Virus record (IMG/VR): IMGVR_UViG_3300028797_000122
DNA from: an uncultured virus (IMG/VR IMGVR_UViG_3300028797_000122)
Taxonomy: Duplodnaviria; Heunggongvirae; Uroviricota; Caudoviricetes
Strand: one strand, 5' to 3'
DNA: 64,000 nt
The notes under the pieces are model-generated. The model searched no databases, was not told the origin of the DNA, and was given only the letters and a program-made list of their open reading frames with translations. How positions within the stretch are numbered: the first letter of the stretch is position 1; each line of letters starts with the position of its first letter. A program made the position numbers and the translations under genes. Below, piece after piece: positions 19,290-29,446 of the stretch.

Positions 19290-19829
19290 ATGATTATCAA
19301 ACTCAACATTGCAGGCATGATGCCGATTCGTCTGGCTCTCGCTAGCGAACTTACACAGCAACTCCACGTTTCCCGAAAGAAGGATAAGTATGACCGTCGT
19401 GTCACCACTTCCTGGATTACGGGTACTACAACTGTGAAACTTGAACGCAACCATTCCAACAAGAACAGCAAGGATGTCAATGGCTTGATTTACATCGGTC
19501 GTTCCTTCCAGCAGTACATGGATAAGTTCGACGCTGGTGTTGGCTTCCGTCTGGCTGGTGTCCGTGCATTCGCTAAGTTCTTCGCTGTAAACGGCAAGAG
19601 CGAAATCGAAGCTACCAAGTTGGCCGAACAGGTTATGGACATCGTTGTCGCCAACAAGGATAAGGAACATGTAACTTTTGGTACTGAACCTGCAAAGGCT
19701 CCGGCCAAGGCTGTCGCCGCCAAGAAGCGTGGTCGTAAGGCCAAGACCGAAAAGGTCGAAAAGGCTGAAACCAAGACTGTTGCTTCCCCGGCACGTAAAC
19801 GTGGTCGTCCCCGCAAGCAGCCTGTTTAA
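19290..19829 (+). CDS. Basic DNA-binding protein with a histone-like K/A tail and a C-terminal AT-hook
   Basis: PAKAPAKAVAAKKRGRKAK...ARKRGRPRK contains the canonical AT-hook core RGRP. Confidence 0.65.
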   Translation: MIIKLNIAGMMPIRLALASELTQQLHVSRKKDKYDRRVTTSWITGTTTVKLERNHSNKNSKDVNGLIYIGRSFQQYMDKFDAGVGFRLAGVRAFAKFFAVNGKSEIEATKLAEQVMDIVVANKDKEHVTFGTEPAKAPAKAVAAKKRGRKAKTEKVEKAETKTVASPARKRGRPRKQPV

Positions 19830-19841
19830 GGAGAATGCAAC

Positions 19842-20438
19842 ATGAAGAAGGAATTCAGTGGATGCCTCAGTGCATTTAGTCCTGCGGTAAAGGATAATGT
19901 TCCGTACGTCAAGGTTTCTATCAAGACTACGGAAACTGGTGCTGATAAGCACCTCCTGTACGGTACGGAAGACATTGATGATGCGTTTGCTAGTCTGAAA
20001 AACTTCGTTGCGAATAAGGGCTATGGAAACACTAAGTGCGACCTTGATGACCCTCTTCGTGTGAAGCTGACGTTTGCGTCGTTTACGTTCGATGCATACC
20101 TTGTCTCTATCGCTGTAAAGAAGAAAGTGGACAAGGAAGTCGGTGATATGGCTGAGTACACGTTCAACTTCGAAAAGGACCCGAACGACGCCGACACTAA
20201 GTTTTGGGCATCTCATCTCAAAGTCAAGGACGATGACGATAAGGATGACCAGGACGATGGTGAAGACGAAGTATCCCCTGTTGATGAAGAAATTATGAAA
20301 CAGACGGATAGTTTGCTTGGCGAAGATGGTCCTAAGAAGAAAAAGAAACATAAGGCAGGATTTATCCTGTATGCAGTTTCTTTTGAAACTGTGTCTGAAG
20401 CTGATTCATCTGACGAAGTATCTTCTGAGGAAGAATAA
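19842..20438 (+). CDS. Hypothetical protein with acidic C-terminus
   Basis: ORF track; AGGAG RBS. Confidence 0.75.
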   Translation: MKKEFSGCLSAFSPAVKDNVPYVKVSIKTTETGADKHLLYGTEDIDDAFASLKNFVANKGYGNTKCDLDDPLRVKLTFASFTFDAYLVSIAVKKKVDKEVGDMAEYTFNFEKDPNDADTKFWASHLKVKDDDDKDDQDDGEDEVSPVDEEIMKQTDSLLGEDGPKKKKKHKAGFILYAVSFETVSEADSSDEVSSEEE

Positions 20439-20527
20439 TGATGAAGTATACACCAGAAACAGATAAGATTTTAGCTTGGGTTCTAATCCTGGTTATTCTT
20501 GCTGGACTTCTGGTATATCTCTTCTGA
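20438..20527 (+). CDS. Small single-TM peptide (29 aa)
   Basis: TAATG coupling to the upstream gene; MMKYTPETDKILAWVLILVILAGLLVYLF. Confidence 0.55.
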   Translation: MMKYTPETDKILAWVLILVILAGLLVYLF

Positions 20528-20552
20528 TGGTTTTGATATCTTGGGTAGAAAG

Positions 20553-20582
20553 AAGGCTGTCCTGATGGGCAGCCTTTCTTTT
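20553..20582. terminator. Bidirectional intrinsic terminator
   Basis: aaggctgtcc-tgat-gggcagcctt flanked by A- and T-rich tracts, between convergent genes. Confidence 0.75.
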
Positions 20583-21105
20583 ATGTATGCGCTCCTTTGT
20601 CAAACAGGCCACATACGTTTTCTTCGGTCAATACAATCCAGTTGACACCTCTGTTGGCACACCAGTTTCTTGCTGCTGCCCATTTCGCCTGGTTTACCAT
20701 CACTTCTTCGCACTGCATGTAGTAACGGGCCATCTTCTTTTGGTATGCTCGTACTTTTTTCGGGTTTGCACTTTCGGCCAATGCCTTTGGCGGCTTCGGC
20801 ATTACGGAAAATTTCTCCGGCTTGATTTCGATTAGGAACTTGTTTATCTTGGTGTCCGTGCCGGACTTGCATTCACAGTAGATGTCAGGGAAATACTTGC
20901 TCATTTTATGGAGCTTCGGCGACATATAATAGATTTGGAAATCGGGTTCATATCCCCATTTTAGAACATAGTTGTTCTGGTCCATTGCCTGAAAAATCCT
21001 TTCTTCCCATGACGACTTGCAAATTGGTGCCGCCAGATTTTCCATGTACTTCTCTGGATGTATCAATTTGTACCTAGCGTGCTTTGTTTTTACACCGTAA
21101 ATCAT
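20581..21105 (-). CDS. gp4: Head completion nuclease (T4 gp4-like, TnsA fold)
   Basis: KSSWE...WGYE...YFPDIY...LIEIKP...NQAKWAAA..WC...G..W.VLTE. Confidence 0.85.
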   Translation of the reverse strand: MIYGVKTKHARYKLIHPEKYMENLAAPICKSSWEERIFQAMDQNNYVLKWGYEPDFQIYYMSPKLHKMSKYFPDIYCECKSGTDTKINKFLIEIKPEKFSVMPKPPKALAESANPKKVRAYQKKMARYYMQCEEVMVNQAKWAAARNWCANRGVNWIVLTEENVCGLFDKGAHT

Positions 21106-21113
21106 TTCTCCCC

Positions 21114-22835
21114 CTATTCGGCATACTTGCCTAGAATTGATTTTATTTCATCTTCGTTATAGTCGTCAACAAGTTCGTAAGTAACCTCGACTTCTGCCGG
21201 ATATACTTCAATTTCCGCTCGCCCTGATTGGTTCGACGGGAAAGGAGTAAATGGCTGGTTCATGTTTACAGGGTATGCCTTCTTGCTACAATTATCTAAT
21301 ATTTCTGTAAGTTCTTCGACAGTGTCCGAGTCCATTTTGTAATCGGCGAGCATCCTGAGAAGCTGATAGTATTTTTCGGTGAAATACGGGCTTACCGTCT
21401 TGTCAACAAGATTGTGCGAAATTGATATGCACTTTTTCTGCTCTGATTTCGTGATAGGCTTATCGCCGACGTTTACTTCATTCTCCCGGTCAGGGGCTGT
21501 CCTAAACTGTATAGCTTCCTCGACTGCCGTTGTCGGTGTATTTGCCGCAGTCGTTTTCCTGTGTTTTTCGCATACTTCCTTGATGCCGGATGCTTCAAGC
21601 TGCGATAGCAAAGAGTCGAACTGTGTCTTCGGGTTGTCCCGGTAAATTGCACGGAACTCCTCGTCAGAAAAAGACTCATAGCCGAGTTTTGCCGCAATGC
21701 ACATGTCGTACAGGTCGGCTTCGAATGCACCCTGCCAGAACACGTCGTTTAGCCGGAGATTCTCGTTGATATCCTTAATCTTCCCCTCTATATCCTTCAT
21801 GAGGCCTGGGCACAGGTGGCTGAAACAGACAGTCCAACTTTTGAACGTGTTAATCATGTCGATAATCGACATGCCGTAAAATTCCTTGTTGTTCTTATAT
21901 TCCAAGCTGTATATGAAGAAACACTCGAAGTTGCCGACCGTCTTGATGAAACCACTGACATCGAACTTTTGTGTAAGCAGGTCGGCATAAGCTTTGATTA
22001 GGGCCCTGAGAGGCTTCATGAGCATATCGAATGTCATCTCGATTGCTGCCTTGATGCTGTTGTATAGCTTCAAGAGAAAATCATAGAGAAGGTCATTGAG
22101 GGAGCCGGATATACCACCACCGATGCCTATACCTATTCCAAGTGACAGAGGAAACTTGTTTTTAAGGCATTCTATCACGGCGTCCGGGTCTCGTGACATG
22201 TCGTTTCCATCGCTGTCCCTGTTACATCCTGTCACGCATGCGATTGCCCTGCAGAAACATGGACAGTCAACCATGATTTCATACAGTTCGTTCCAGTCGA
22301 AGTCTAGGCTTACACTTGCTCCTACGCCAACATCCAGAGATGCGGACATCTTGATATCCGAAAGCAGGTCTGTTATGCATTTGAAAACGGCATCGTTGAA
22401 GTTCAATATAGCTTCTTCGAGGCGTAGGCGTGCGGCATCAATCTTTGCAAACAGGACGAATGCTGCTTTTGTAGCAATCTCGATGGTTTCCTGAATCCAT
22501 GCAATCCATGTTCCTATCGTCTGGCAGATGCTCTTGCTCAATGTAAGGGCTCCGTTAAGGCTGACCGGGAAGTTGAAATTGTTGTATTGATGAAAGCCGA
22601 AATTTAAGTTGGACATCATTCCAACAGCGGCATAGGCGTTTATGCCCATCGTATCCCTACACCAGTCAAACACCACCTTTGTACAGTTGGTGGCTTCCAG
22701 CTTGTTCGTGACATTGTTAATCGAATTTGCAGTCTTCTCGACAGCTTCCGTGAAGCTACTAAGAATGCTTGAATCCGATTCTGTCGCCGGAGTGTCCTGT
22801 CTCGGAGAAATTACGTCTGTGATGCACTTTGCCAT
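21114..22835 (-). CDS. Cys-rich hypothetical late protein
   Basis: ORF track. Start moved to ATG 22835 (MAKCITD) because a TATAAACTA promoter lies at 22860-22868, inside the longer ORF. Confidence 0.7.
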   Translation of the reverse strand: MAKCITDVISPRQDTPATESDSSILSSFTEAVEKTANSINNVTNKLEATNCTKVVFDWCRDTMGINAYAAVGMMSNLNFGFHQYNNFNFPVSLNGALTLSKSICQTIGTWIAWIQETIEIATKAAFVLFAKIDAARLRLEEAILNFNDAVFKCITDLLSDIKMSASLDVGVGASVSLDFDWNELYEIMVDCPCFCRAIACVTGCNRDSDGNDMSRDPDAVIECLKNKFPLSLGIGIGIGGGISGSLNDLLYDFLLKLYNSIKAAIEMTFDMLMKPLRALIKAYADLLTQKFDVSGFIKTVGNFECFFIYSLEYKNNKEFYGMSIIDMINTFKSWTVCFSHLCPGLMKDIEGKIKDINENLRLNDVFWQGAFEADLYDMCIAAKLGYESFSDEEFRAIYRDNPKTQFDSLLSQLEASGIKEVCEKHRKTTAANTPTTAVEEAIQFRTAPDRENEVNVGDKPITKSEQKKCISISHNLVDKTVSPYFTEKYYQLLRMLADYKMDSDTVEELTEILDNCSKKAYPVNMNQPFTPFPSNQSGRAEIEVYPAEVEVTYELVDDYNEDEIKSILGKYAE

Positions 22836-22859
22836 TTTATATGCCGCTTGTTTCGTTAA

Positions 22860-22901
22860 TAGTTTATACCCGGTCAAAAATAGCGGTGCCATTATAAACT
22901 A
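22860..22901. promoter_or_regulatory. Divergent pair of TATAAACTA late promoters (- at 22860-22868, + at 22893-22901)
   Basis: Exact motifs. Confidence 0.75.
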
Positions 22902-22923
22902 TCATTGAATCGACAGGTATATC

Positions 22924-24669
22924 ATGGCATCTACAACACAAAATACAACTACACCAGCGTCTACCAAAACGTCCAAGGCGTCTTCGGCTAACGACAGCGT
23001 TAAGTCGATTGCTGACGCACTCGCCGCATTGCCGAAAGAGACTGAGCAGACGATGAAGGAATTTCTCGACCAGCAGATGGCCAACGCCAAGAATATGAAC
23101 GACGAGCTGGTAGAACAGTTCGGCAGCGCTATCGACAATAGTGATGTTGCCGCCTCGATGAACGAGGTCAAGGAAGTATTTAGAAAAAAAGCAGAAAATG
23201 ATAAGAACAATGTCGAAAACGAGAAACAGCAGGAAACCTTCACCAAAATTCAGAACGACCTTGACCGTATCCTTGAGATTCAGGGAGAAGCTCTTCGTGC
23301 TGAGGTGAAGCGTGATGAAACCATATACAACGATAGGGCTGTAAACGAGGTTGAGGAAAAATCTGACGAAAAGGTGGACGATGAAACCGACGTTGTAAAG
23401 GAAGATGTAAAACCTGTCGAAGTTAAAGTTGATGTACAGCTGCCCGAAGCGGAGAAGGAACCCGAGAAGGAAGACGTTGCATCAAATGTTCCGAGCAATG
23501 AAGAGAACTTGCTTAAAGACATCGTTTCTGGCCAGACTGAGCAGAACACCTTGCTTAACGATATTGGTCAGAAACTGTCCGATGTAAATCCCGAAGATAA
23601 AGTTGATGAAACATCTCAGAAGGAACCCAGCAAGGAGGAGAACTTGCTTAATGACCTGGTTTCTGCCCAGGCTGAGCAGAACTCCTTGTTGAACGATATC
23701 GGCAAAAAGTTGCCCGATATCAAGGATGAGGCTACCGACGATAACACTCCGAAGGAACCGAGTAAGGAAGAAGGTTTGTTGGGGGACATTGCATCGGCCC
23801 AGGCTGAACAGAATGCGTTGCTGAACGACATTGGCCAGAAATTGAGCGATGTTGATAATGCTGATGCCCCTCAACAGGAAGCTGTCGCAAACGATGTTCC
23901 TACTTTGACTGAAACGGCTTTTGCCGAAGTGAACGAGAACCTCGGTAAAATCAACACGAGCATCGACGATATGCTGGAAGAGCTTGGAGACTCCGTAGCG
24001 AATACTGATGTCAATGAGCCTCAGCCAATCACTGTCAATGTCGATGTTGAACAACCAGAGAAAGATACTGAAAAGGAACAGGAGGAGACTACTCCTAAAA
24101 CCCAGTCGGTTGAACTTGCTGAGGATAGCCTGAATAGCATTCGTGAACTTGTCGATACGTCTAAACAGAATGAAGAAAAACTGCTTGAGACGATGAACAA
24201 GCGAAATGCTGAATCGAAGGATAACGTCGAGCAGTTCAAGCAGGATTCCATGACGGAGCTTGCAAACGACATATCGGGTGCGACCGATGCCATGAACACC
24301 CAGCATGAAACCAAGTTGGATAGGCATGAGGATGAACCGTCTACTCCTGACGATGACAAACGGATAGAGCAGGCTGAAACGAAGCAGGATAATCGGTTTG
24401 ACGAAGATACCAAACAGGCTGATGAAAATGATGAACAACCCATGGTCTTGGACCGTCGGATGGACATTGCTGAACGGGCGGAACGTGATATCACTCCTGC
24501 ATTGAACGAAGTACAGCTGTTCAACAGGATGTCATTGACAAAGGAAGAAATTCTGGTGCTTGCATCGGAAATAGGAAAGGCAGTTAGAGAAAACCTTGTT
24601 GACAGGGATGCCGAAAAGAAACGAGAAGCGGCTCGCCTGGATGAAGTCGAAAGAATATTGAGGGGTTAA
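22924..24669 (+). CDS. Acidic helical protein with three ~44-aa internal repeats, first gene of the baseplate operon
   Basis: PS(N/K)EE(N/G)LLxD(I/L)xS(G/A)QxEQNxLLNDIGxKLxD occurs three times (about 23490-23860). Confidence 0.7.
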   Translation: MASTTQNTTTPASTKTSKASSANDSVKSIADALAALPKETEQTMKEFLDQQMANAKNMNDELVEQFGSAIDNSDVAASMNEVKEVFRKKAENDKNNVENEKQQETFTKIQNDLDRILEIQGEALRAEVKRDETIYNDRAVNEVEEKSDEKVDDETDVVKEDVKPVEVKVDVQLPEAEKEPEKEDVASNVPSNEENLLKDIVSGQTEQNTLLNDIGQKLSDVNPEDKVDETSQKEPSKEENLLNDLVSAQAEQNSLLNDIGKKLPDIKDEATDDNTPKEPSKEEGLLGDIASAQAEQNALLNDIGQKLSDVDNADAPQQEAVANDVPTLTETAFAEVNENLGKINTSIDDMLEELGDSVANTDVNEPQPITVNVDVEQPEKDTEKEQEETTPKTQSVELAEDSLNSIRELVDTSKQNEEKLLETMNKRNAESKDNVEQFKQDSMTELANDISGATDAMNTQHETKLDRHEDEPSTPDDDKRIEQAETKQDNRFDEDTKQADENDEQPMVLDRRMDIAERAERDITPALNEVQLFNRMSLTKEEILVLASEIGKAVRENLVDRDAEKKREAARLDEVERILRG

Positions 24670-24672
24670 TGT

Positions 24673-26133
24673 ATGGCAGAAGAAAATGGAAGATTCGGTA
24701 AGAGGACCCGTTACAGTGTGAAGGAATCCTACGCACAGGATGCGAAGGGGGTTATCCACAATTCCATCAACGAGTTGAACCCGAATGTAGTTAGGATAGA
24801 ACCTCTCGGCCCTGCCGCACGTCAGGCATTCCTTGGTCCTGTCCATGCCGCAGCCGATGCGTTGAAACTACGCATGGCATATGCGATGAACCCGGAGGCG
24901 TTCAAACCGTTCTATGGAATATTGACTCCGGGTGACCTGAGGGGATTGCGCCTATCTTTCCAGAGTTCTTGGTTGCAGGAAAATGGAAAAAGCTCATTCG
25001 AGCGTGCAACAGAAATATTGAAATCTCCTGCGGTCGCAATGCCGTTGGGGGCATCTGCTGGCGAAGCTATTGGAAACTCTTTTGGTGGATATGATGCGTC
25101 TGGCTTTGGTTTGGGTGCTGCTGCCGGAGCAATCACCTCTTTCATTATGAGTGGAAGCTCTGATGATAAGGATAAGGGCAACTCTCTTACGCATAAGCTA
25201 TCATCGTTCATTGGTGACGTTGGCACGAGACTAGGCTCGTCAATGGAACTGTATGGAATGGACTCTTCCTCTACTGGTGCAGCTACCTTGAAGACATTTT
25301 CAAAGTCTTCCATGGAAATACCGACTACGTTGAATTTCACTTGGTACATGCCGGAACAGGAGGACTTGTTCCGTCTTTCTATCCACAGGTTACTACAGCT
25401 TGCTTATGTAAGAAAAGCCTATACGGACAGAAAAGAATTTTTCGAAAACCTGAGTGCCGCAACAAATTCAGGCATGCAGCAATCGTTTGTGAATGCAAAG
25501 AACCTGAAAGATTCGCTAGGCGTTGTCGCTAAGTCATGGATAAATGCGGGCGACACCATTGTTGAATCAGGCGAGGCTCTGGTGGGTCAAAGTCCTGTAA
25601 TGAAGCAGTTTGCTGAGTCCAGGAACGCACAGCTTGGCGATGCTGTTGTCGATGCCGCTGGAACTGGGGTTTCCGTTGGAAATGCAATAGCTAACGGCAT
25701 CACGAACTTCACCGAGGGATGGGGAGATAAAATTGATGCGAATGCCCAGGATATAAGCGATGACGGTCAGTTTGCCGATACAGGCAAGCAGAATATCGTC
25801 AATGGAATGAATGACGTTATTGATAGTGTACTCAAAGCGTATATCGAGGGAAGTACGTTCATGGGTGCTAACTTCGTCCTTGTCCCTAACCCGGTCCGTC
25901 TTACGATAGGCAATATCCTTGATGTTGAACCAATGGTCATAACGAATGTTGTTATCACTCCTTCGGAGGAATTATTTATCAATAGCATAGGTGCAAGCAT
26001 TCCCGTTACGATGAAAGTAACCGTTACATTGTCACAATGGATGACACCGGGCCCGGACCATGACTTTATACGCTTGATTGGAGACAAATTGTTCTACCCT
26101 ATTCCTATGAAGAATTCTGAGAAGAAGAGCTAA
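24673..26133 (+). CDS. Probable baseplate/tail-tube cap protein (gp48-like tube fold)
   Basis: LNFTW.M...PNPVRLTIG...MVITNV.I.P...P..MKVTVTL pattern; directly upstream of the gp53-like gene. Confidence 0.45.
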   Translation: MAEENGRFGKRTRYSVKESYAQDAKGVIHNSINELNPNVVRIEPLGPAARQAFLGPVHAAADALKLRMAYAMNPEAFKPFYGILTPGDLRGLRLSFQSSWLQENGKSSFERATEILKSPAVAMPLGASAGEAIGNSFGGYDASGFGLGAAAGAITSFIMSGSSDDKDKGNSLTHKLSSFIGDVGTRLGSSMELYGMDSSSTGAATLKTFSKSSMEIPTTLNFTWYMPEQEDLFRLSIHRLLQLAYVRKAYTDRKEFFENLSAATNSGMQQSFVNAKNLKDSLGVVAKSWINAGDTIVESGEALVGQSPVMKQFAESRNAQLGDAVVDAAGTGVSVGNAIANGITNFTEGWGDKIDANAQDISDDGQFADTGKQNIVNGMNDVIDSVLKAYIEGSTFMGANFVLVPNPVRLTIGNILDVEPMVITNVVITPSEELFINSIGASIPVTMKVTVTLSQWMTPGPDHDFIRLIGDKLFYPIPMKNSEKKS

Positions 26134-26144
26134 TGGAGGTGAAT

Positions 26145-26576
26145 ATGGCTGACGAAGTAAATTACCCTAGATTCAGAAATGACAATCTGTCCATGTTGAC
26201 CTTGGACACAGTTCAGGGCTACGAGCAGGGTCGCCCGGACGTAATCGCTCGTCGCACTATGGGAAGCAGCCGTATGTGTAAGGTGCTGTGTGCAGCAAAC
26301 CATATACGCAACCCCTTGCCGTGTCGTGATTCGGTTCGTATTTTTGAGGAAAGCGTGTACAACGAGCTTTATATGAAGGGATATCGTGGTGAGCAGTTGC
26401 AGACGGAATATAAGAAGATGCTTGACGAACTCGAAGTAACGCCGGAGTATTGGCTACATTACAACAACCTGTTCAACGGAGTTGTCAGCGAAGTTACTGT
26501 TGGGGGCACGCTTATTATTCCTCAGCTCAATGACTCCTTGACATGGCTGACAAAATATGATTCAAACATTCGATAA
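26145..26576 (+). CDS. gp53: Baseplate wedge protein (T4 gp53-like/LysM-like)
   Basis: GRPDVIARRTMGSS....VLCAANHIRNP matches RPD.IA...YG......IL..N.I.NP. GGAGGT RBS before ATG 26145. Confidence 0.65.
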   Translation: MADEVNYPRFRNDNLSMLTLDTVQGYEQGRPDVIARRTMGSSRMCKVLCAANHIRNPLPCRDSVRIFEESVYNELYMKGYRGEQLQTEYKKMLDELEVTPEYWLHYNNLFNGVVSEVTVGGTLIIPQLNDSLTWLTKYDSNIR

Positions 26577-26587
26577 GGTAAACCGTT

Positions 26588-27898
26588 ATGCTTGGTATTG
26601 AAAACATAGACAACGCATCGATTGAAATTTACCTCATGGGTAGGGTGTATCCAAACGCACTCGTTACAAAATTTCTGCTTAACATACCAATCAACGGCGT
26701 ACCGTACGGATTCGCTACAATACAGAACGTAGATGATGCCAACGTAATCATTCATACGGGTGAATACGGCGTTATGAAATTCAGTAACACCGGGAACCCG
26801 ACGATGGACGGCACTGCGTTGACCTTTGTTGTTGTCGATTCAGCTCCTATTGAGGTAGTCCCAGGTACAAATAACAGTTTTCAAACTGTTTCTTTCAGAC
26901 TGGGTGCGTTCGATACTATGGATGTCAGGACCTTCCAGAAATACGGGACATCTACCGAAACGATGCAATCCGTGTTTAAACACCGTCAGATTGACGAACC
27001 TATTATCGTCATTCCTCCGAAGACTACGGGAGACATGATGAACTGGATAGTTGTCAAGTCGGACATGGAACATACGCTGAATGATATTGTGGAGCATTCC
27101 TTCTTGGAAGGAGACTATGTCTACTACACATTCTCGACGGAGAAGTGCAACTACATTGTATCAAGCATAGAGCGTTCAAAGAAATACTACCAACATCAAC
27201 TCTTCGCTTTCCATGTGAACGCTAAGCGAGGAGGAAACGCTTCGATGTACAAGGATTCTGACTCGGGATATGTCACATGGTTTTACACCACTGACAACAG
27301 GTGGAGTGATGCGGGCAAGAACAAGCATGAGCTGTTTCCGCATATCACCTATATGACCCTTACTGATAATAAGCCCGATGTTGGCCTATGTGATAACCAA
27401 TGTTTTTCCAAACTCTTGAAGGGAGCCGGGTATAGTAACCAGGATGAAATAGACAAGTCATTCGGCCCTGCGGGTTATACTTTCGGAAAGCCACACATTA
27501 TTAGGGACTGTTCTGTGAATACCCACAACATGTATCAGGTCTCTCCATTCATCCGTCGCCGCTACATGGCAAGTCTTGGCAAGAAGATGAACATTACGCT
27601 TACCAACGTCATGGGCCCGGATGTCGGTTCATCGGTATATGTGTTTGCTAAGTCAAAAGAACTCAGGGATGACTTCTTTGCTCCTGACCCGATATATTGT
27701 GATGAGTACGTTGTCCTTTCCAAACAGATAATTAAAAATGACGGCTCGGGCAAGGGTCCAACAAGTTCTGAAGATAGGATATACAGCGTCGTTACGCTGG
27801 GCTCCCCGAATCTTCTTTATGGACATCCAGATGAAGTCTCTGCTGAAATGGCGAAAATAAAGTTCCCTGAATACAATGATGCAGCTAAGAAAATGTAA
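26588..27898 (+). CDS. Probable baseplate hub protein (gp27-like)
   Basis: Position after gp53-like, size and beta-rich composition; no diagnostic motif. Confidence 0.35.
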   Translation: MLGIENIDNASIEIYLMGRVYPNALVTKFLLNIPINGVPYGFATIQNVDDANVIIHTGEYGVMKFSNTGNPTMDGTALTFVVVDSAPIEVVPGTNNSFQTVSFRLGAFDTMDVRTFQKYGTSTETMQSVFKHRQIDEPIIVIPPKTTGDMMNWIVVKSDMEHTLNDIVEHSFLEGDYVYYTFSTEKCNYIVSSIERSKKYYQHQLFAFHVNAKRGGNASMYKDSDSGYVTWFYTTDNRWSDAGKNKHELFPHITYMTLTDNKPDVGLCDNQCFSKLLKGAGYSNQDEIDKSFGPAGYTFGKPHIIRDCSVNTHNMYQVSPFIRRRYMASLGKKMNITLTNVMGPDVGSSVYVFAKSKELRDDFFAPDPIYCDEYVVLSKQIIKNDGSGKGPTSSEDRIYSVVTLGSPNLLYGHPDEVSAEMAKIKFPEYNDAAKKM

Positions 27899-27910
27899 AA
27901 ATGTATTTTA
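27898..27910 (+). promoter_or_regulatory. AAAATGTATTTTA motif (possible extended -10)
   Basis: Identical 13-mer also at 39944-39956 and 62002-62014, each just upstream of a non-structural gene. Confidence 0.5.
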
Positions 27911-27937
27911 ATCATTGTAAAGTAGCTGTATGTACCT

Positions 27938-28390
27938 ATGGGTAAGCTCTGTTGTGATGGAAAATTCAATGTTGGCCTTTATAAGCCGTTGTCCCAGCAG
28001 TTGGTAGACTTCGGTAACGAGTGTTTTGCCAAGTTTGTTGACCATGCCACGCTCATGTGGATGTTCATATTCTATGATGGGGCGAACGACTGTCCGAAGT
28101 GCAGGTCTTCATTGTCTGAAATTCACGACTGGTTCTACAAGAAAGGATTGCTTGATAGTTCCAACTACATGGTCAAGATAGTGGTTGAGCCGGAACCTGA
28201 AAAATGCAAGATTTACACAAACTTGGGATTTACCCTGAAACCAATGCACATATTCTGCGAACCAAACGGAAACATCTTCGACATATACACAGGTCTGCCG
28301 GATAGCAAGTGGCTGGACAAGCATATCTACCCGTACATACAGAAAAACATCGGCATGAAGAAGGTACTCTCGGCGATTAAGGAGCAATGA
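27938..28390 (+). CDS. Thioredoxin-fold protein
   Basis: WMFIFY....CPKC (CxxC after a hydrophobic strand), a later P-hydrophobic strand, and G...D...G. Confidence 0.65.
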   Translation: MGKLCCDGKFNVGLYKPLSQQLVDFGNECFAKFVDHATLMWMFIFYDGANDCPKCRSSLSEIHDWFYKKGLLDSSNYMVKIVVEPEPEKCKIYTNLGFTLKPMHIFCEPNGNIFDIYTGLPDSKWLDKHIYPYIQKNIGMKKVLSAIKEQ

Positions 28391-29445
28391 TGACGGACAT
28401 TAACGAACATAGCATAAAAAGGATAGTGGTCGGCTATACTCTCGACTCAGTTATCGAGGCTCATAACCAGGCACAGAACGTAGAAAACAGTGTCGTGTTT
28501 TATAGCACTGGCGTACTGGGCGAACCACTCGACAAGTACAACGATTTCATCTCGTATGACGACGCCAAGCGCCTCAGCGTGATTCTCCCCGACCTTGAAT
28601 TTGATGAGTTCGCTGGATGCGACTACCTCTATATACCGTATGAAAAGTTGAAGTTCAAGAATAGCCGTAACGGCCTTATGTCGCTTCCGTTTAACAAGCT
28701 CAGTTTCGACGATAACGATGAATGGAAGGCTGTCTGTGACGGATACTTTAACGAACATGTGCAGGAAATCTTAAAGGATATGTCCAACTCTCCTACCCGC
28801 CTCATAACCATGTTCAAGCAGTATCTTCCTAAATGGTTTGTAGACTGTATTGTCCGTAATGTCAGTGCAACTAGATGGGCCGGAATTCCGACAAGTAATA
28901 TAACCCTGAACGGCTACCTTTATGAGTTCAACCTGAATCAGATTGACTCAGATGGCATTCAGTTGTGGTACAAGCCGAGAATCAGTTACAACGAGGTTTG
29001 CAAGCGAATACTGAAAAAGGATAAGATTCCAGTATACACTGCTACAAAGGAAGATTGTACCCGGTTCCTTACCGACCGTTCTATCGAGTATGTGACTTTC
29101 ATGGATAACCGAGTTGACCATTATCTTGGTTATCGTAGCGGTATCTTTGACCGATGTGTTATGTCCGCAGTGCCATGCGAGTTGCCGTCGATATTCCACA
29201 ACGATTTCGACACGGGTATTATCCGTACCCCGACCATGGCTCACTGGGGTATATGCAAATACGGAAACGATGTACGTAAACTTTATTCAAAAAAGTGGAA
29301 TTCCATCTTGGAAGTTCCTACTTCCGATATTCCGATGACAAAGAATAACCTGCGCATGTATGATGCGTATTCTAAACTTCTTCCTCTGTTTGGAAACTTT
29401 AAGACATTGAATTTGCAGCAGAAGATAACTACCCTGATTAAGTAA
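28387..29445 (+). CDS. UDP-galactopyranose mutase (Glf)-like protein, divergent
   Basis: SLPFNK, ..RW.G.P, P...Y....IL and VDHYLGYRSG resemble Glf motifs (LPFN, KQWG, ID.FF.Y..G). The N-terminal GxGxxG is degenerate (VVGYTLDS). Confidence 0.5.
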   Translation: MMTDINEHSIKRIVVGYTLDSVIEAHNQAQNVENSVVFYSTGVLGEPLDKYNDFISYDDAKRLSVILPDLEFDEFAGCDYLYIPYEKLKFKNSRNGLMSLPFNKLSFDDNDEWKAVCDGYFNEHVQEILKDMSNSPTRLITMFKQYLPKWFVDCIVRNVSATRWAGIPTSNITLNGYLYEFNLNQIDSDGIQLWYKPRISYNEVCKRILKKDKIPVYTATKEDCTRFLTDRSIEYVTFMDNRVDHYLGYRSGIFDRCVMSAVPCELPSIFHNDFDTGIIRTPTMAHWGICKYGNDVRKLYSKKWNSILEVPTSDIPMTKNNLRMYDAYSKLLPLFGNFKTLNLQQKITTLIK

Positions 29446-29446
29446 A

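Noticed and set aside
19230..20351. 373-aa minus-strand ORF, and similar ones at 49765-50853, 51525-52643, 62057-63052 and 23482-24438
   Set aside because: Antisense to well-supported genes; explained by codon bias leaving few stops on the opposite strand.
20581..21105. TnsA-like gene as a Tn7 transposon
   Set aside because: Motifs match T4 gp4 head completion protein; no tnsB/C or terminal repeats.
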